64,000 nt of DNA, taken from NCBI GenBank assembly GCA_054600435.1, contig BAAIJX010000035.1, forward strand, positions 124,001 through 188,000, read 5' to 3'. This document shows, in pieces, positions 35,501 through 48,335 of this stretch. The notes beneath the pieces are model-generated. The model ran no database searches. It worked only from the letters and a program-made list of their open reading frames with translations, and was not told the DNA's origin. A program made the translations under genes and the position numbers. Origin of the DNA: Neophaeotheca triangularis (taxonomy: Eukaryota). Within the stretch, counting starts at the first letter, position 1; the number at the start of each line of letters is the position of its first letter.

Positions 35501-36450
35501 GGGCTGCCACCTATCAGGCGATTTCCTTCCGACAACAGGCTGGGACTGGTACATGGTGGAAGAAGTCTGCATTTGGCCGGTGGACGCTGCTCTTCTCGCA
35601 GCCGGAGGGCTCAGCGGAGGATCTTCGTATTGGTTTGCATGCGCGCTGTTGCCTCCTGCCGGTAGCCCATCACTAGATTGCTGCTTCCCTCTCAGATTTG
35701 ACAGGCTGAAGAACCTAGACCCAGCTTGGCCCGAAGCCGACCGTTCCCGAGTTCGAGTCTGTGGGGGAGGCGGCGGAAAGGCTGGCGAATTTGGGACTTG
35801 AGGCGACTGGCCGATTGATGGGCCACGAGCTATACCGTCGATAGCAGACGGCGACGTCGTAAAGCTTGCCTGCTCCACCATAGGCGAGGGTCTTGTCGCA
35901 ACCGTTGCCCTCTCTGGCGTGCCGGGTGAATAAGGCGGAGGTGGTGAGGGCATCGCAGCTTCGAGCCATGTCAGCATTATTAGATTAGCAAGCTTCTTGC
36001 CAGTACTGATCTACCTTCCATCCCACTGGCGTCCCTTGTAGTAGCCGGGCCTCCGTTCTCTCTGGCTTGAAACATCATCTGGCTCATGGAACCATGGCTC
36101 CTCTGACTCCATTGCCTTGGATTGTATGGTTGTTGTGCCATGGCCGGAGTAGTGGGAGTATTGAACTGTGTCGACGGGACCGAAGCGTAGTCCTGAGACA
36201 CTGGGGTTCGTGGCATACATGAGCCCGGAGTACGTGGGGAAAAGGTCCCTGAGAAGGGGAGTTGTGATTGTGATGGCGGCGCGCCTTGCGTTCCCAGAGG
36301 TGCAGTCATGAGGGATGGAGGTTGCGGTACGAAAGTACTATCAGCTCTCCGCCTGGGGTGCTGTTGCTGTACATAGAAGGCCGCGCTGGGATTGTGCGGT
36401 GTACCTGGTGGAGGGGGGGGGATCAGATTTTGCCGATTGTTATCCGCCAT
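32576..36450 (-). CDS. Large (about 1272 aa) hypothetical protein: Pro/Ser-rich disordered N-half, helical/coiled-coil C-half; intron 35959-36014
   Basis: Two ORFs joined in frame by GTAGAT...GCTGAC...AAG; several PPxY motifs. Confidence 0.85.
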
Positions 36451-37478
36451 TGAGTCTCGTAGCGAGATGCTGCGACAGTTGCGCAGCAGGAGCTGCCAGT
36501 TCCCTCGCCACCGACGGTATCGACGAGTGATGGAACGGGGAGGGGTGAGGGTGACAGCGAGTGAGAAGGGAGGAAAAGCTGAAAAGCAACAGTTGTCGTG
36601 GCGCCTTGCCGCGAAGGCACACGTACGGCGTGACAAGGCTCAGGCATTGCAGCACGAAGACGCGCACAAACGCGCACATAGTAGTACTGTATTGCAGGGG
36701 GGATGAGGAGGGAGAAAAGGCGCTTGCGCGGTCTATTCTGGGAAAGTAGAAGTCTGGTCCCTAGTAGGTACAGTACCTTACCTTATCCACGTGGTTGCTA
36801 GTATATTGAGCTCGGGATGCTGCATGATAATATTAACATAGCTATTACAAGCGATCCACGGAGTCGTCTGAGAGTAGAAGCACCTCGCTGGGCAGTCACG
36901 GTGGGCGGCTAACGCTGAAGTCTCATTCGACGTGTGGGAGGCCTTTACTAAGCGACACGCCAGGCTTGATAGAGTTAGTAGTATTGAGCATCTTCAAAGT
37001 GAACGTCTCCTCCTGTCCTCCAGTGCTCCCACCTTCATTATTACTTCACATGGACGACACGTCCAGCCCAGAGACCTCTGGCATGCAAGCATACTTTGCT
37101 TCAATAATCCCCTGGCCAGGTGCATCTGTATACCATACCATACCTTATGCTGCTCGATCTTTTCGATCCAATCACGACTCCGCAGATCAATGCTGATGTC
37201 ATGCAGACTGGACATGACGCTGAATGACATGGATTGATTGATATTGGGCCTTGAAGGGAAGCACCTTCCGTATTCCTACCTAGGTAGTACTGTAGGGATG
37301 CAAGTACCCCCCAAGTACAGTATGTACCAAAGTGGACGTGTCATCTGTTATGCCTTAACAGTCCACGTACCTATAGTAGGTAGAATAATTGAATACCCAA
37401 CCCGACCGTTACTACTCCTACATCTCCCCCATCTAAACACTCCCACCTGACACGGCGAATCTACAATCGATTACCACC

Positions 37479-38510
37479 ATGGCTGAAACAATCAAAACCA
37501 CTCTTGCCGAGAATTTCGGCGGCGTTGCACAAAAGGCAGCACCAGAAGGAACCAACTTCAGTCTCGACCACGTCCCCGATCTCACTGGCAAAGTAGCCGT
37601 GGTTACTGGCGGTTCAGAAGGCATCGGCTACGGCTGTACCCACACTCTCCTGACCCGGAACGTCAGCAAGGTCTACATCCTCTCCGTATCCCGTGATGTC
37701 GTAGACAACGCGTGTCACAGTATCGAGGAGGAACTGGGCGCAGACATGGCCAATAGAACCAACTGGATTCAATGCGATCTCTCCGACTGGAAGCGTGTGG
37801 CCCAAGTTGCAAAGGAGCTCAACAATAGCACCGACCGTCTTGACATCCTGATCAACAACGCCGGCCGCGGCATCATGACTTACCAACTTACCGACTACGG
37901 TGTCGACCGTCACATGGCGTTGAATCACATGGGCCATGTTATCCTCACCTCGCACCTGCTTCCGCTGCTCAAGCAAACTGCCGAGAAGGACACCGTCCGC
38001 ATTGTCAATCTTGGCTCCAACGCCCACCAAGCATCCCCCAGCGACACAAAGTTTGAAAGCCTGGAAGACTTGAACCAAGACCTCGGTCCAAATGGCCAAT
38101 ATGGCCGATCGAAGCTGGCGGCAATTCTGTACTCGCGCTACCTCGCGCAACACCTGACAAAGTCTCACCCAAAAATCCTAGTCAACGCCACGCACCCGGG
38201 TTTCGTCGCCACCAAGATGAGCACCGAAGACATCCACGAACCGTTCCCGCTGGGCGGCTACGCAATGTCAACCGGCTTGCAACCTTTCAAGAAGAACCAG
38301 TTTGAAGGCGCTCTGAGCACGTTGTACGCGGCGACTGTGACGGACAAGAGCGGCGAGTATATCTGCCCGCCGGCCATTCCGGAGCCCGGCAATGAGCTTG
38401 CGCAGAGCCAGGAGCTCGCAGAACAGTTGATGAAGCTCACGCGGGATTTGGTGACTGAGAAGACCAAGAGCGACAGCGTTGACAAGGGATGTCCAATGAA
38501 GGATTACTGA
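37479..38510 (+). CDS. Short-chain dehydrogenase/reductase, Neurospora BLI-4-like
   Basis: TGGSEGIG, NNAG and YGRSK motifs. The N-terminus TLAENFGG...VPDLTGKVAV resembles BLI-4 as I recall it. Confidence 0.88.
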   Translation: MAETIKTTLAENFGGVAQKAAPEGTNFSLDHVPDLTGKVAVVTGGSEGIGYGCTHTLLTRNVSKVYILSVSRDVVDNACHSIEEELGADMANRTNWIQCDLSDWKRVAQVAKELNNSTDRLDILINNAGRGIMTYQLTDYGVDRHMALNHMGHVILTSHLLPLLKQTAEKDTVRIVNLGSNAHQASPSDTKFESLEDLNQDLGPNGQYGRSKLAAILYSRYLAQHLTKSHPKILVNATHPGFVATKMSTEDIHEPFPLGGYAMSTGLQPFKKNQFEGALSTLYAATVTDKSGEYICPPAIPEPGNELAQSQELAEQLMKLTRDLVTEKTKSDSVDKGCPMKDY

Positions 38511-39046
38511 GCGCTTCAGTACGAGAAGTTGATGTATAACGTACCCCTTGTATGAATGGATTAACGATTTATGATCTATTTGAGCTTGGATCGATGTTAT
38601 GGCCGCTTTGTGCCGCTGTAGATCAGTGTACGACCTGACCACGCTGCTATTTACCAGCTACGACGATACAGTCCCTCAGCCTCGACCGTCTGCCGTTTCC
38701 ATTCATTCACTCTGCCTCTTTCCTGGTAAGACAGTCTGTCAGTGTTTCATTCGGAAATTTTGAAGACGGTGCTAATCTAGAATAAAGAGTGACTTCTTGC
38801 GGTCTCACCATTTCCTCACTCCACATTCATTTGGGATATGGTCTTGGGTCAGCAAGATTGTATTCTATTGAGCGTTAAGATTAGATTCCAGACAATATAA
38901 TGGTGTGGCCGCATGCAGCTTCATGAGCGATCGACATCAATTATCTCTAGCAGATAGAACACAAAATCGAAGGCAGGCAACATAATGAACTCGAGGACGA
39001 GCTTTACCTTGACACATGCAGTACCAATCAACTACCCCGTCGAAAC

Positions 39047-40956
39047 TCACGAGTCCCTACCCAGCACACTCCGCAAAGCCCCCATCAACGCCCCCTGCGC
39101 ATCATCCCTCAACCCCATGCTCCGCCAACAAACCGTCCGATCCGGTCTTAGCACCACGCACCCGTCCTCCTCAACTTCCCTCCTCGCGGCCCAATCCCCA
39201 TAAACATCCTCCCAATCCTGCCGCCACCCGATGCCATACGCCTTGACCTCAACACCCAGCGCTCTACCCACCTCGCCCGCCGCTGCCTTCCACGCATCCC
39301 CCCCAGGACCTGTAAGCAAGCAGAAACTCCCGTGGCCCGCTAGATCAATGGTGCTGACCGGCTCCACGGGCGTCGTCCTATTGAGCCAAGCGTGCGGACA
39401 CCGCGAACCGGGAAACGTGGAAATCTGGTACTCGAGCACTTCGTCTTCGGGCGGGGGACGACGGGCTTTCTTTTCATCGCTGAAGCAAACGGCCCCCGAG
39501 TCGTAGCGCTGGTTCATCTCGATCCCGATGCCGCCGAACTCGTGCGCCGTGTGCGCGACAGCTTTCCGGAGGGCTTCGCGGCGCGCGCGACCTTGCGGCG
39601 TGGGCGCGGCGAGTTCGGCGTGTTGGCGACGGCGCTCGGCGACGTTTTCGGGGAGAGCTCCCAGGGCGTCCCACACGGGGACGTGGTCGCGGAGGCCTTG
39701 GTTAGCGCGCTTGACGACGGCGGCGCCGATGGGTTGGCGCTCGAGGGAGAAGGAGTCGAGGAGGGTTGGGGATGCGAGGCCGCGCTCGACGTAGGCGATC
39801 TTCCACGCCAAGTTGAAAGCGTCTTGAACGCAGGTGTTGCTGCCGAGGCCGTTGAGAGGGGGGTGGCGGTGCGTGGCGTCGCCGAAGCAGAAGATGTTTC
39901 CGTCGCTGTAGCGTTCGGCGACGATTTCGTTAATGTACCATTTGCTGACGTCTTGGATTTCGACGGCGATGCTGTCGTCGCCGATCCACTCACGGATGCG
40001 GCTCATGTATTCGTCGTGGCTGGGGCGGACGCTGTAGTCTTGGAAACCGGGTTCCTATCAAATTGGATGTTAGCTATATCTCGCATTTGACCGAAATACT
40101 TGATAATGGGCCAACGAACGCAGAGAACGATGAACATCCACTGATTCCATGCCTTGACCATGCGTAGAATGCAAGACCAACCCCACGCCGGATGCTCACT
40201 CTCAGGCTGTACAATGTAATGCAAGTTCCCCGTCCTAAACCTCAAATGCTTCGAAAGATCCGCGTCGACAAGAATGTTAATGGCTAAACCCTGCCCAGGC
40301 TCCTTGATGAGCGGAATATCCAACTGCTTCATCACAACACTCCTGGCGCCATCGGCGCCAAACAAATACTTGGAACGAATGCGATAAGTAAGCCCGGAAA
40401 CCTCATCCCTGACGGTCGAAGTGATGGGCCCGTCCCTTCCCTCGCGCTCAAAATGCAGCAAAGTCGTATCGAACCTCACTTTCCAGCCGTCCCTGTACGC
40501 ACGCCCGACCAAGACGGGCTCGAGCATCGTCTGCGGCAAATCGACATGCCGGCATGGGCTCGCAGCGTTGTAATCACCCCTACGCTCGGGCTGGTTGCCC
40601 CACGAGTGAATGCGGGCGTACTCGGGGCCGGCGATGGAATGGCACCAGCGGGTGTGCTCGAGGTGGTCGCCCGTGGTGGCGTGGCGGCGGGCTTCGGTCT
40701 CGAGGTCAATGTCCCGCAAGCATTCTAAAGCTGCGGGATTGGTGATGTGGGCGCGGGGTTCTTTGGCCGTGCCAGGGGCGGCGCTGAGGATTATGCCTTT
40801 GTGTCCGTAGGAGCCTAGGAAGCTGGCTAGGGAGGCCCCTGCTGGTCCGGCGCCGACTATGAGGTAGGGAGTTTCGATTGGTGAGTCGCCGCCCGGTATG
40901 GCATGGGTTGGGCCATTGGGGATGGGTACTGGTCTATTGTTTGAGGGTTGGACCAT
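39047..40956 (-). CDS. FAD-dependent monooxygenase (2,4-dichlorophenol 6-monooxygenase/PheA-TfdB-like; intron 40055-40119; 614 aa)
   Basis: GAGPAG, GADGARS, GDATHRHPPLNGLGSNTCVQDAFNLAWK, PGSRCPHAWL, RPD. Confidence 0.92.
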
Positions 40957-41505
40957 GTTGGAAGGGTTAATAGTGGGAAAGCAGTCTGAGCGGACAATGG
41001 GGAGGAGAAGAAGTGATTGAGAAAGAACTGTCTAGCGTTTATGATAGCTACAAGGGCCAAGCCGACCTTCTTCGGCAGTCAGTGTGCTTTTGTTCGACCA
41101 ACCTGCTCGACTCGCATGCAGAAGAGATTGTATCGTTTGACGTGGACCTAAGACCAATGTGTTTTTCATTATGACAAGTTGAGTGAAAGGCCATCAATTG
41201 CCAGCTCTCAATGCCGAAAGCGGGGCACAGTCACTAATGCAGGAACAAGATGATATTCGGCCAGCAGCTGTATCGTTGAAATCTTGAGCGTTCAGAGTCC
41301 GTTATACGATCATCGATTGAAGGTCGAGAGTGATGTCAAAGGTGTACAGTAGCCAGTTCAGCTAAACATATCTAAGTGGTGTATCAGAAGGGTATCTCAC
41401 CCCATCCATGTTAACAACGGCAATTCACCACCAGGGTAACTTCGACTCCCATTCCAACGCCACGCCATAGGTACAGAGAAAGTATCAGAAGACCTCAAAC
41501 TCCAT

Positions 41506-42735
41506 CTACAAAGCCTTGAGCTTGCCAGACTCAGCTAGCTTCTCCTCAACCGCACTGGCTTCGTCTTCCGCTCCTTGCTCTCGCATCACCCTCCACTGCC
41601 ATTCCAATAAGACTGGTAGGAAATGCCATAGACCAAACTCGGGCCAGAGGCAGTCGAGGAACTCGATGTGCGTCTTTTCGTGACACTGCCAAAGCATAAA
41701 ATCCGAGAGTCGCTGTACGCCCGATGTGCGTACCAGAAGGTCCAGCGGCGGTCCGTCTCCGGTGTACATGTTCTTATTTAACGTAGCTGAAGTGATTGAC
41801 TCGGGGTCGGGGTAAGTCGGCTCGGGCTTGAGCGTCGGCGACGAAGTGTGAGAGGTGTGCGAGGAGACTGTGTTGTTCGACGATGGTAGAGTTGACTCAG
41901 CGTCTCCATCTGCATCACGGGAAGAAGTGGAGGTGGAGGTTGACTCGGCATCCGAAGCTGCGGATTGCCCGTTCGTCAGTTCTTCGTTTACGTGTTCCTC
42001 GTTCGCTTCGTCTCGCGAGGTTGACGGCGAGAGGAGCGTGCTTGGTCCATGTCCCACCTCCTCGACGACGCTTCCCAGCTGCCGACTTCTGATGTTCTTC
42101 AGCACTCGCTTCTCACTGAACGGCCGTTCCTTGGCGGGCTGCCTGTGCTGGGTCTCGACTGGTGTGCTGAACTCGCGCACCGTCTCTCGTATCGACTGCG
42201 TAATCTCTTCGCGCGAAGTGTAGGGAAAGCAGACGTTGAGCACAGCTTTGTCATTGTGCGCTGTCATGTTCACCGCCTTGTCGACCTGCTCCAGCACATC
42301 GTCCCTTATCAGGCTCCTGTCACCCAAGATCCTCACAGCAGCTCCATATCGATCGAAAAGCTCGCCGTGCTGGCTCATCTGCACCAGCTTCGTCTTGGCC
42401 ATATCCATGAGGGCATCAACCTCGTACTTGCTGCGCTTGAAGTTCTCAATGCTGAAGGCATAGATTGTGACCATCTGCACGCCAGATTTGTAGCAAATTT
42501 CCAAGACACGAGCTAGAGCTTCGAAACCCATGTTGTGTCCTTCGATAGTTTCGACCTGGTTTTGACGAGCATAGCGCCGGTTTCCGTCCATGACAAAGGC
42601 GACATGGCCGGGGATGGGACCGCACTTGAGCGAGGCGATCAGCAGCTCCTTAAACTGCTGAAGGGCAAACTCTATGGGTGGTAGGGACATGACCCATCGC
42701 CGTAGCGAGGTGCCTGTTGTTCGGGAGGAAGACAT
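41506..42735 (-). CDS. RER2: Cis-prenyltransferase (dehydrodolichyl diphosphate synthase, Rer2/Srt1 family)
   Basis: HVAFVMDGNRR, YAFSIENFKR, PYTSREEI, DLLVRTSGVQRLSDFMLWQ, LWPEF. Confidence 0.92.
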   Translation of the reverse strand: MSSSRTTGTSLRRWVMSLPPIEFALQQFKELLIASLKCGPIPGHVAFVMDGNRRYARQNQVETIEGHNMGFEALARVLEICYKSGVQMVTIYAFSIENFKRSKYEVDALMDMAKTKLVQMSQHGELFDRYGAAVRILGDRSLIRDDVLEQVDKAVNMTAHNDKAVLNVCFPYTSREEITQSIRETVREFSTPVETQHRQPAKERPFSEKRVLKNIRSRQLGSVVEEVGHGPSTLLSPSTSRDEANEEHVNEELTNGQSAASDAESTSTSTSSRDADGDAESTLPSSNNTVSSHTSHTSSPTLKPEPTYPDPESITSATLNKNMYTGDGPPLDLLVRTSGVQRLSDFMLWQCHEKTHIEFLDCLWPEFGLWHFLPVLLEWQWRVMREQGAEDEASAVEEKLAESGKLKAL

Positions 42736-43500
42736 TGTCGGTCGGGAAGCGTGGTAAAAGGGGAGGTAGGTTGGTTGGGTGGCCTTGTAGATGTTCAGGT
42801 GAAGGTAGGTCTGAATGGGTTTGAGGACGCGACAGAAGAAGGAAATGTGCAGAGTTGATGTTAAGGCGATCAAGAGGGTGTAGGTGGCATGGTTCGAACC
42901 GCAATGCCACCGGGGGACTGGCAAGTAGAAGGGAATAATAGTACAATAATGTACCCAGTACTGCTTAAAATGCTGTCTAGGAGGTACCTAAGGTATGATT
43001 GCAGTCGCAAGTCTGCTGAGGCTCGGTCGCCAGCCAGCCAAGCCCTCGTCAGCCCTGGTGAAGTCCAACTTTCCCAGTTGGCCGTGACGTGGGACTGGGC
43101 GTGCAAGGCGTGGGTGGGTGGCAGACACGTGCAAAGCTCGGAGCTTAGGTAAGGTAGGTAGAGCTAACTTAACCTAGGTAGGTAATTTACAGTTGCTACA
43201 CCTGGGCAAGTCACGTGGCAAGTCCGCGAACGGCCTGGGCTTTTCTTGCGCACCTGCACCTCACCTTAGGGCGGACAGTCTCTCCTCGACACCTCATCGG
43301 CCCACGTTTCGTCGTCCCATCAACACACCTCATACCATGTCCCACCACCTTGACGGCCATCTCGCATACCACTCATTGAGGATGCATTTCAACCTCATCG
43401 CGCCAGACTAGCATCCGACACTCGTGACACTCATGACATTCATGACACTCATTGTCCATACCTAAGTTAGGTAATCACCACCACAACCACCATCATAACC

Positions 43501-45386
43501 ATGGCCGAACGAGACGACGCGGGCACGGACATGCTGGTTAGGCAGCTCGTGTCCGGCTTCGATGCTCTCCAGGAAGATTATCAGAGACTCTTCAACCAGC
43601 ACTCGTCTCTCGAGAGGAAGCTTCAGACGGCTAGAGACCAGGTACGTACCCTTAGCTAGCATCCTTCTTTCATGTTTGCCCGACCTTCAATGTTGCCCTG
43701 ATGAAACATAAATTTAGCTCTAGATCTGTAGTCGCCCAGCGATGTTGACAGATTCTTTTCAAATTGACTCTGATCTTTTACCAAGCTCCTCACAACTCAA
43801 TTCTAGTTGCTCCTCCAAGAGGCTCCAGCTAACTCTGCAAACAACAGTACAACGAACTCGCCAAGCTGTACGGCACCAGTACCACCACTACACCCCCACT
43901 CAGTCTTTCCTCCTCGTCACCGCATCAGAACGCGCAAGAACCCTTTATCACTGCCGGAGAGATACTGGACAGCAGGAAAGCGACTGAGAGTGCTACAGCT
44001 GTACGAGATGCTTGCAGAGCTTCGGAGATTTTGCGCAGCCGCTTGAAAACGACAAGCACTGGCGTCAAGATCTGGTCTGGTCCTTCAGCCGACAGGCCTG
44101 ACGTCGGAAGCAGTATGATGCCGTCCATATCCGAGTCGCCTCTAGAGCAAGACTTTACGGTCGAAGGCACTCCTAGCCGGCTCGGTTGCCCGTTTGCAAG
44201 CATGGCAAACAAGAAATTGAGTAGTCATGCCGCGAGCATAGTGTCGAGGTACAATCAGAGAGGCAGTGAAGGTCCCAACAGCAGAGCCATGAGCTCTGTC
44301 AGTAGAGTCAACGGCAGAGACAGCATGTCGAAACGCAGTAGCAGACGTGCCAGTTTTGCAGACCCCATTAAAGCCGAAATCTGTGGCTTGTCCGACCATG
44401 CCGATAATCCTCCACAGCCAGAAGAACAGAAACCCGAGCCCCCCGAACCACAGGAGGGTGCCGAAATGGGCGTCTGTCCTATACGCTTTCTCGACAACCA
44501 CTCACCAGAAGAAGTGGCCACCTACTTTGAAAAGCACAAGCATGAGCTCCCACGAAGTCACGAGATATGCGTGAAACGCTACCAAAGCAACGAGGCGCAG
44601 ATCAAGGAGCTGGACGAAAAGTACGGTAATATCGTATCCATGATTCAAGGCCTTGGCAAGCGACACAAAGAGATGCTGCCTGAAGAACCTGCCGACGACG
44701 CCGAAGCTGAACAAGAAGCCGCCGAGGAAGCTGAGTCCGCTGCGAAGGTGCGCAAGTGGGCTAGCAGTGTTTCTGCAATGCAGGGGGAAAACGTTGAGGA
44801 GCACGAAGAGGAAGAGGAACGTCAGCAGCACTTTGAGCGTCCGCTCCGAGATATTCGACTCGGGGAGAGCCCAGGCCGACCCTGGGGTATACAAGTGCCA
44901 GCAAAGTTTACAGACAAACCTTCGAGCGACACGAGCAGCAAGCCCGCAGCGGTTGCAAGTCCTCCGATTGTGGTACCGTCGCCTTCAACAACCAACGAGG
45001 AGGAGAAGCGGCTCGAGCAGCCAGAAACAAAAGCAGCTGCAAGATGCCCCTTTGGATTCGACCAAGCCGGCGCGCCAAAGCCCGTTACGTTTAAGCCCAA
45101 ACCCGAGGAAATGTCTGGCGGTGGTGCAGGCGTCTCTGATCCCAGGCCTAAGCCGACACAAATTGAAACGGCTTTCAAGGTGCCTACTTTCATCACGCCC
45201 GAGCCCGAGCCGGAGCCCAAGCCGAAACGCGGGACGGAAACTGCACCGACTCTTGCTGCTACTGCTCTGCCAAAGCAGTCAGGATCCGAACGCATGCTCT
45301 TCACCGGGCCAGTCTTCATAGGGTATTCTGCGGAGGACGCCGCGAAAATTTTACGAGAAAGTGGACTTGGCCAGCAGCAGACATGA
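43501..45386 (+). CDS. Hypothetical protein (559 aa) with an N-terminal coiled coil and CP motifs; snoRNA host gene; intron 43642-43847
   Basis: Exon 1 MAERDDAGT...LERKLQTARDQ; intron GTACGT...GCTAAC...CAG; exon 2 is in frame with the ORF at 44031. Confidence 0.82.
43698..43773 (+). ncRNA. Intronic box C/D snoRNA candidate
   Basis: Box C (C)TGATGA at 43698-43704 and box D CTGA at 43770-43773. TTAGCTCTAGA (43714-43724) is complementary to conserved 18S TCTAGAGCTAA. Lies in an enlarged 206-nt intron. Confidence 0.75.
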
Positions 45387-48335
45387 GCAGCAACATCCTG
45401 CGCCTTTGTTGGGGGCCTTGCAGGTATGCATGCGTAAGACTTGATCGATTGTAGCGTTTTTAAGGGAACGATATACCACTACAGAATAATGATTATTACA
45501 TGGTTGCATTGCACATTTACTCCTGTCTCTTCCCTCCTTTGTCACTATCGGCGGTGCCATTAAGCCCTAAGTCTAGCGATCGTGAAGCTCTCAGGCGTGA
45601 GTCGCTCGACATCCCTTTCACATCAACTTCGAGTAGTCGCTTAAGAGTAAACGAAAAGGGGCGTTGGGTCGCAAGACACGACAAAACCCCATCGGGTTAC
45701 AGCCAGAAGCAACGCCAAAGCATACCGCCTACCTGTGCTTGGCGACGCCGCCACGCCAACTCCTCACTTTCAGCCCGATCAACACTCGCAGAGATACGAC
45801 CTCTTGGAAAATCGCCACTCCTGCGGCATCGTCGGCCGCTCCCCTACCGCCAGCTAATATGCACTTTTCTTACATGTACCACCCAACGGCCCTTGGCTCT
45901 CGGCAGTCATAGCTCACTCTCGTTCACCGGCCAGCAAAGCTAGAGTTTGGACGGCCATTCACTCTGACGGTCTGACCTGCCGGCTGCTCGCAGACTGACT
46001 GCTGAGTGCCTAGCGAAGAGGGCGAGGGGCGGCGCTATATAGAAACAGCTCTTACGCTCGTCATCCTGTGGTGGCGTGGACGCACTATGGACGCCACTCC
46101 CTTCAGAGAGGAAAAGGCTGCGGTGATGCGTTATTAGAGGGGCTATATTGAAGGGTACATGGCTGGTTCTCTTTGCTATCGCAAGTCTCATATGCGATGG
46201 GATCTCAGAATGCCCGTCGTTGGTGGTACCAACACGATGGAATATCCGCGAAAATGGGTTGTTTGGTTTGGGGTAGCTTGATCTGTTGTCGCATGCGAGA
46301 TTCAAGGGCGCGATCTCAGTGATCTGCCTTTTTGAGTCTTTCTGCAGGATCGAACTCAACACTATGCAGGCTGTAGGCACCACGCAAAGCAGTAACTAAT
46401 ACTATTGCTTTTGGGAAGTAGAAGACGCAGACCCCACTTCGGGCGGCACTGATCGCCCATCAAGCTCCAGTTGTTTGCGGATTCTGCAAGGTTCTATTCG
46501 GTCAGTACATGGCCAACAATCTTTGGTTACTTGTACATGCTTCTCAGCATGTGATATTGCGGTAGTACTGAGCGTCGTTTGTTGCGTCAAGAATCACTGC
46601 GAAGCACAAAGAGTGGTACCTGGAGTCATTCCTATAGTCTATAGGCCTCGGGTCACTTTGCTTGATTCGTAGATCGCAACGATACCTGCCCCCTTGCCGT
46701 CCATCCGCCTCCTCCAGGCCGGCAAACCAACGCATGATTGGCCAAGACTATTGAGAGACCCTCATGCGCGGAGCGGCATTCGCTTGAAGGAAAAGGGAGT
46801 GCTTTTGCCAAGAGAGAGCGGTCTCCGGCATGCGTCGAGGGACTCGAGGCTACGGAGGTTTTATGGCATAAACTCAGCACGAGGATGGCGTTGCCGACGT
46901 TGAGCGGACAGAGTGGGTCTCTCGCGATGCATTGGCGAGTTGCTGCGTTTCCGAAGACGTGCAGAATGACTTGGACGATGGCCATTACTGTCCACGAACT
47001 TCGGCGATACAGTCGTTGCGAGTCTTCATCATTCTAGAGCGATGGTATTCTTTGCATTGGAGCCTCCAGCTCTCAACCACCCCACCACGTCACAGGCGAG
47101 TGGTAGGATCAACGGGAACGGCTTTCGCTTCACTACCTCCTAAGGCCAGAGCCAAGGTTGCTGCCCCTGTTTGAGGTGCCGAAGGCTGCCAAAATAGGAA
47201 GACAAGGTGAAGTCTAGTGCCAAGGCACGTGCATCGGTGTACAGTACTAGTGGAGTATCGTTTCAGATTGTCCGATCGTCAGTGGGACCGCGCCAGACCC
47301 TGTTCCGATTCTCTATTTGCGCATCTTCACACCCCCAAACGCTTAACTCCACCTCGTCTTGCATGCTTCATACTTCATGCAACTAGTCGTTTTACCTATC
47401 CATACCAGGCCATATTTGTCACGGATATCAAGTCATGACCACGGATGCTGCGGAAATACCTTCGAGAAATTCCCGCCCGAGCGACCTCGTCAGGATCAGA
47501 CTATCGCGTGCCTTGTTTCCAAACATTTCGCACCACGTTACAGCTTGGAAATTGGACCTTGTGCTCGAGCGGAACTCGCAAGAGTGTAATCCGGCAGAAT
47601 GCTCGAGTGTAAGGTATCCATTTCCATCACTTCCGTAAGTACTAGAGCTCCGGGGACTCTCCATTCGGATGGGAAAAGGCCATCGAAGCACTGCCGCGAA
47701 CAAAGCAAACGGGGCCGCCTTGAAGAGTTGCGCTCTGCAGATCTGTCAATGGTTATTTTCGCCACCGCTCTGCCCTGGAGCCTCCACCAAGGCGTGACCG
47801 AATGGGGTGGTTAGCGTGGAACGGTAGCCCACTGCCTATTCTACAAGCTTCCCCTAGCTCTTCCACCCGAGATGCTTACGGTCCGTTGGTGCATCGCTTC
47901 TTCGAGATCAGTCTTTTGGTGTTGCAGATTCACCCCTGTCATCCTCTTCGCTGTCGCTGAGCCGCACATGGTGTCTTGTATTGTCCGATACCTAGGTGTT
48001 GAGGCTCAAGAGGATACCTTCCGGGATCTAGAAACGCTATCGTTTGTTCCGAAATGCTGAGAGAAAAGTCTCCACTTGGACAAGAGCGTGCTATCCGAAG
48101 CGGCCACAGCTTGATGTGCCTTATATACTTATATATCAGCCATTATATGCCCGACACAACACTCGGCGCCCACCCCCAAGTCTCTTGTCATTCCTTAGCA
48201 AGAAGAGCGTCTTTCCTTCAAGCTCCTCCAAGCCTATTTTTCAAGACGTTTCATTTCGTATTCTTCCTCGGCGACGAGACGCCACCTGCCCTTACTATTG
48301 CTTGAATTTATCTCTTGTTGCTTGAGAAGCTCATC

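Noticed and set aside
45400..48300. Short ORFs and TCCGA repeats upstream of the laccase
   Set aside because: No coding signature; the 5-mers are too short to support a binding-site call.
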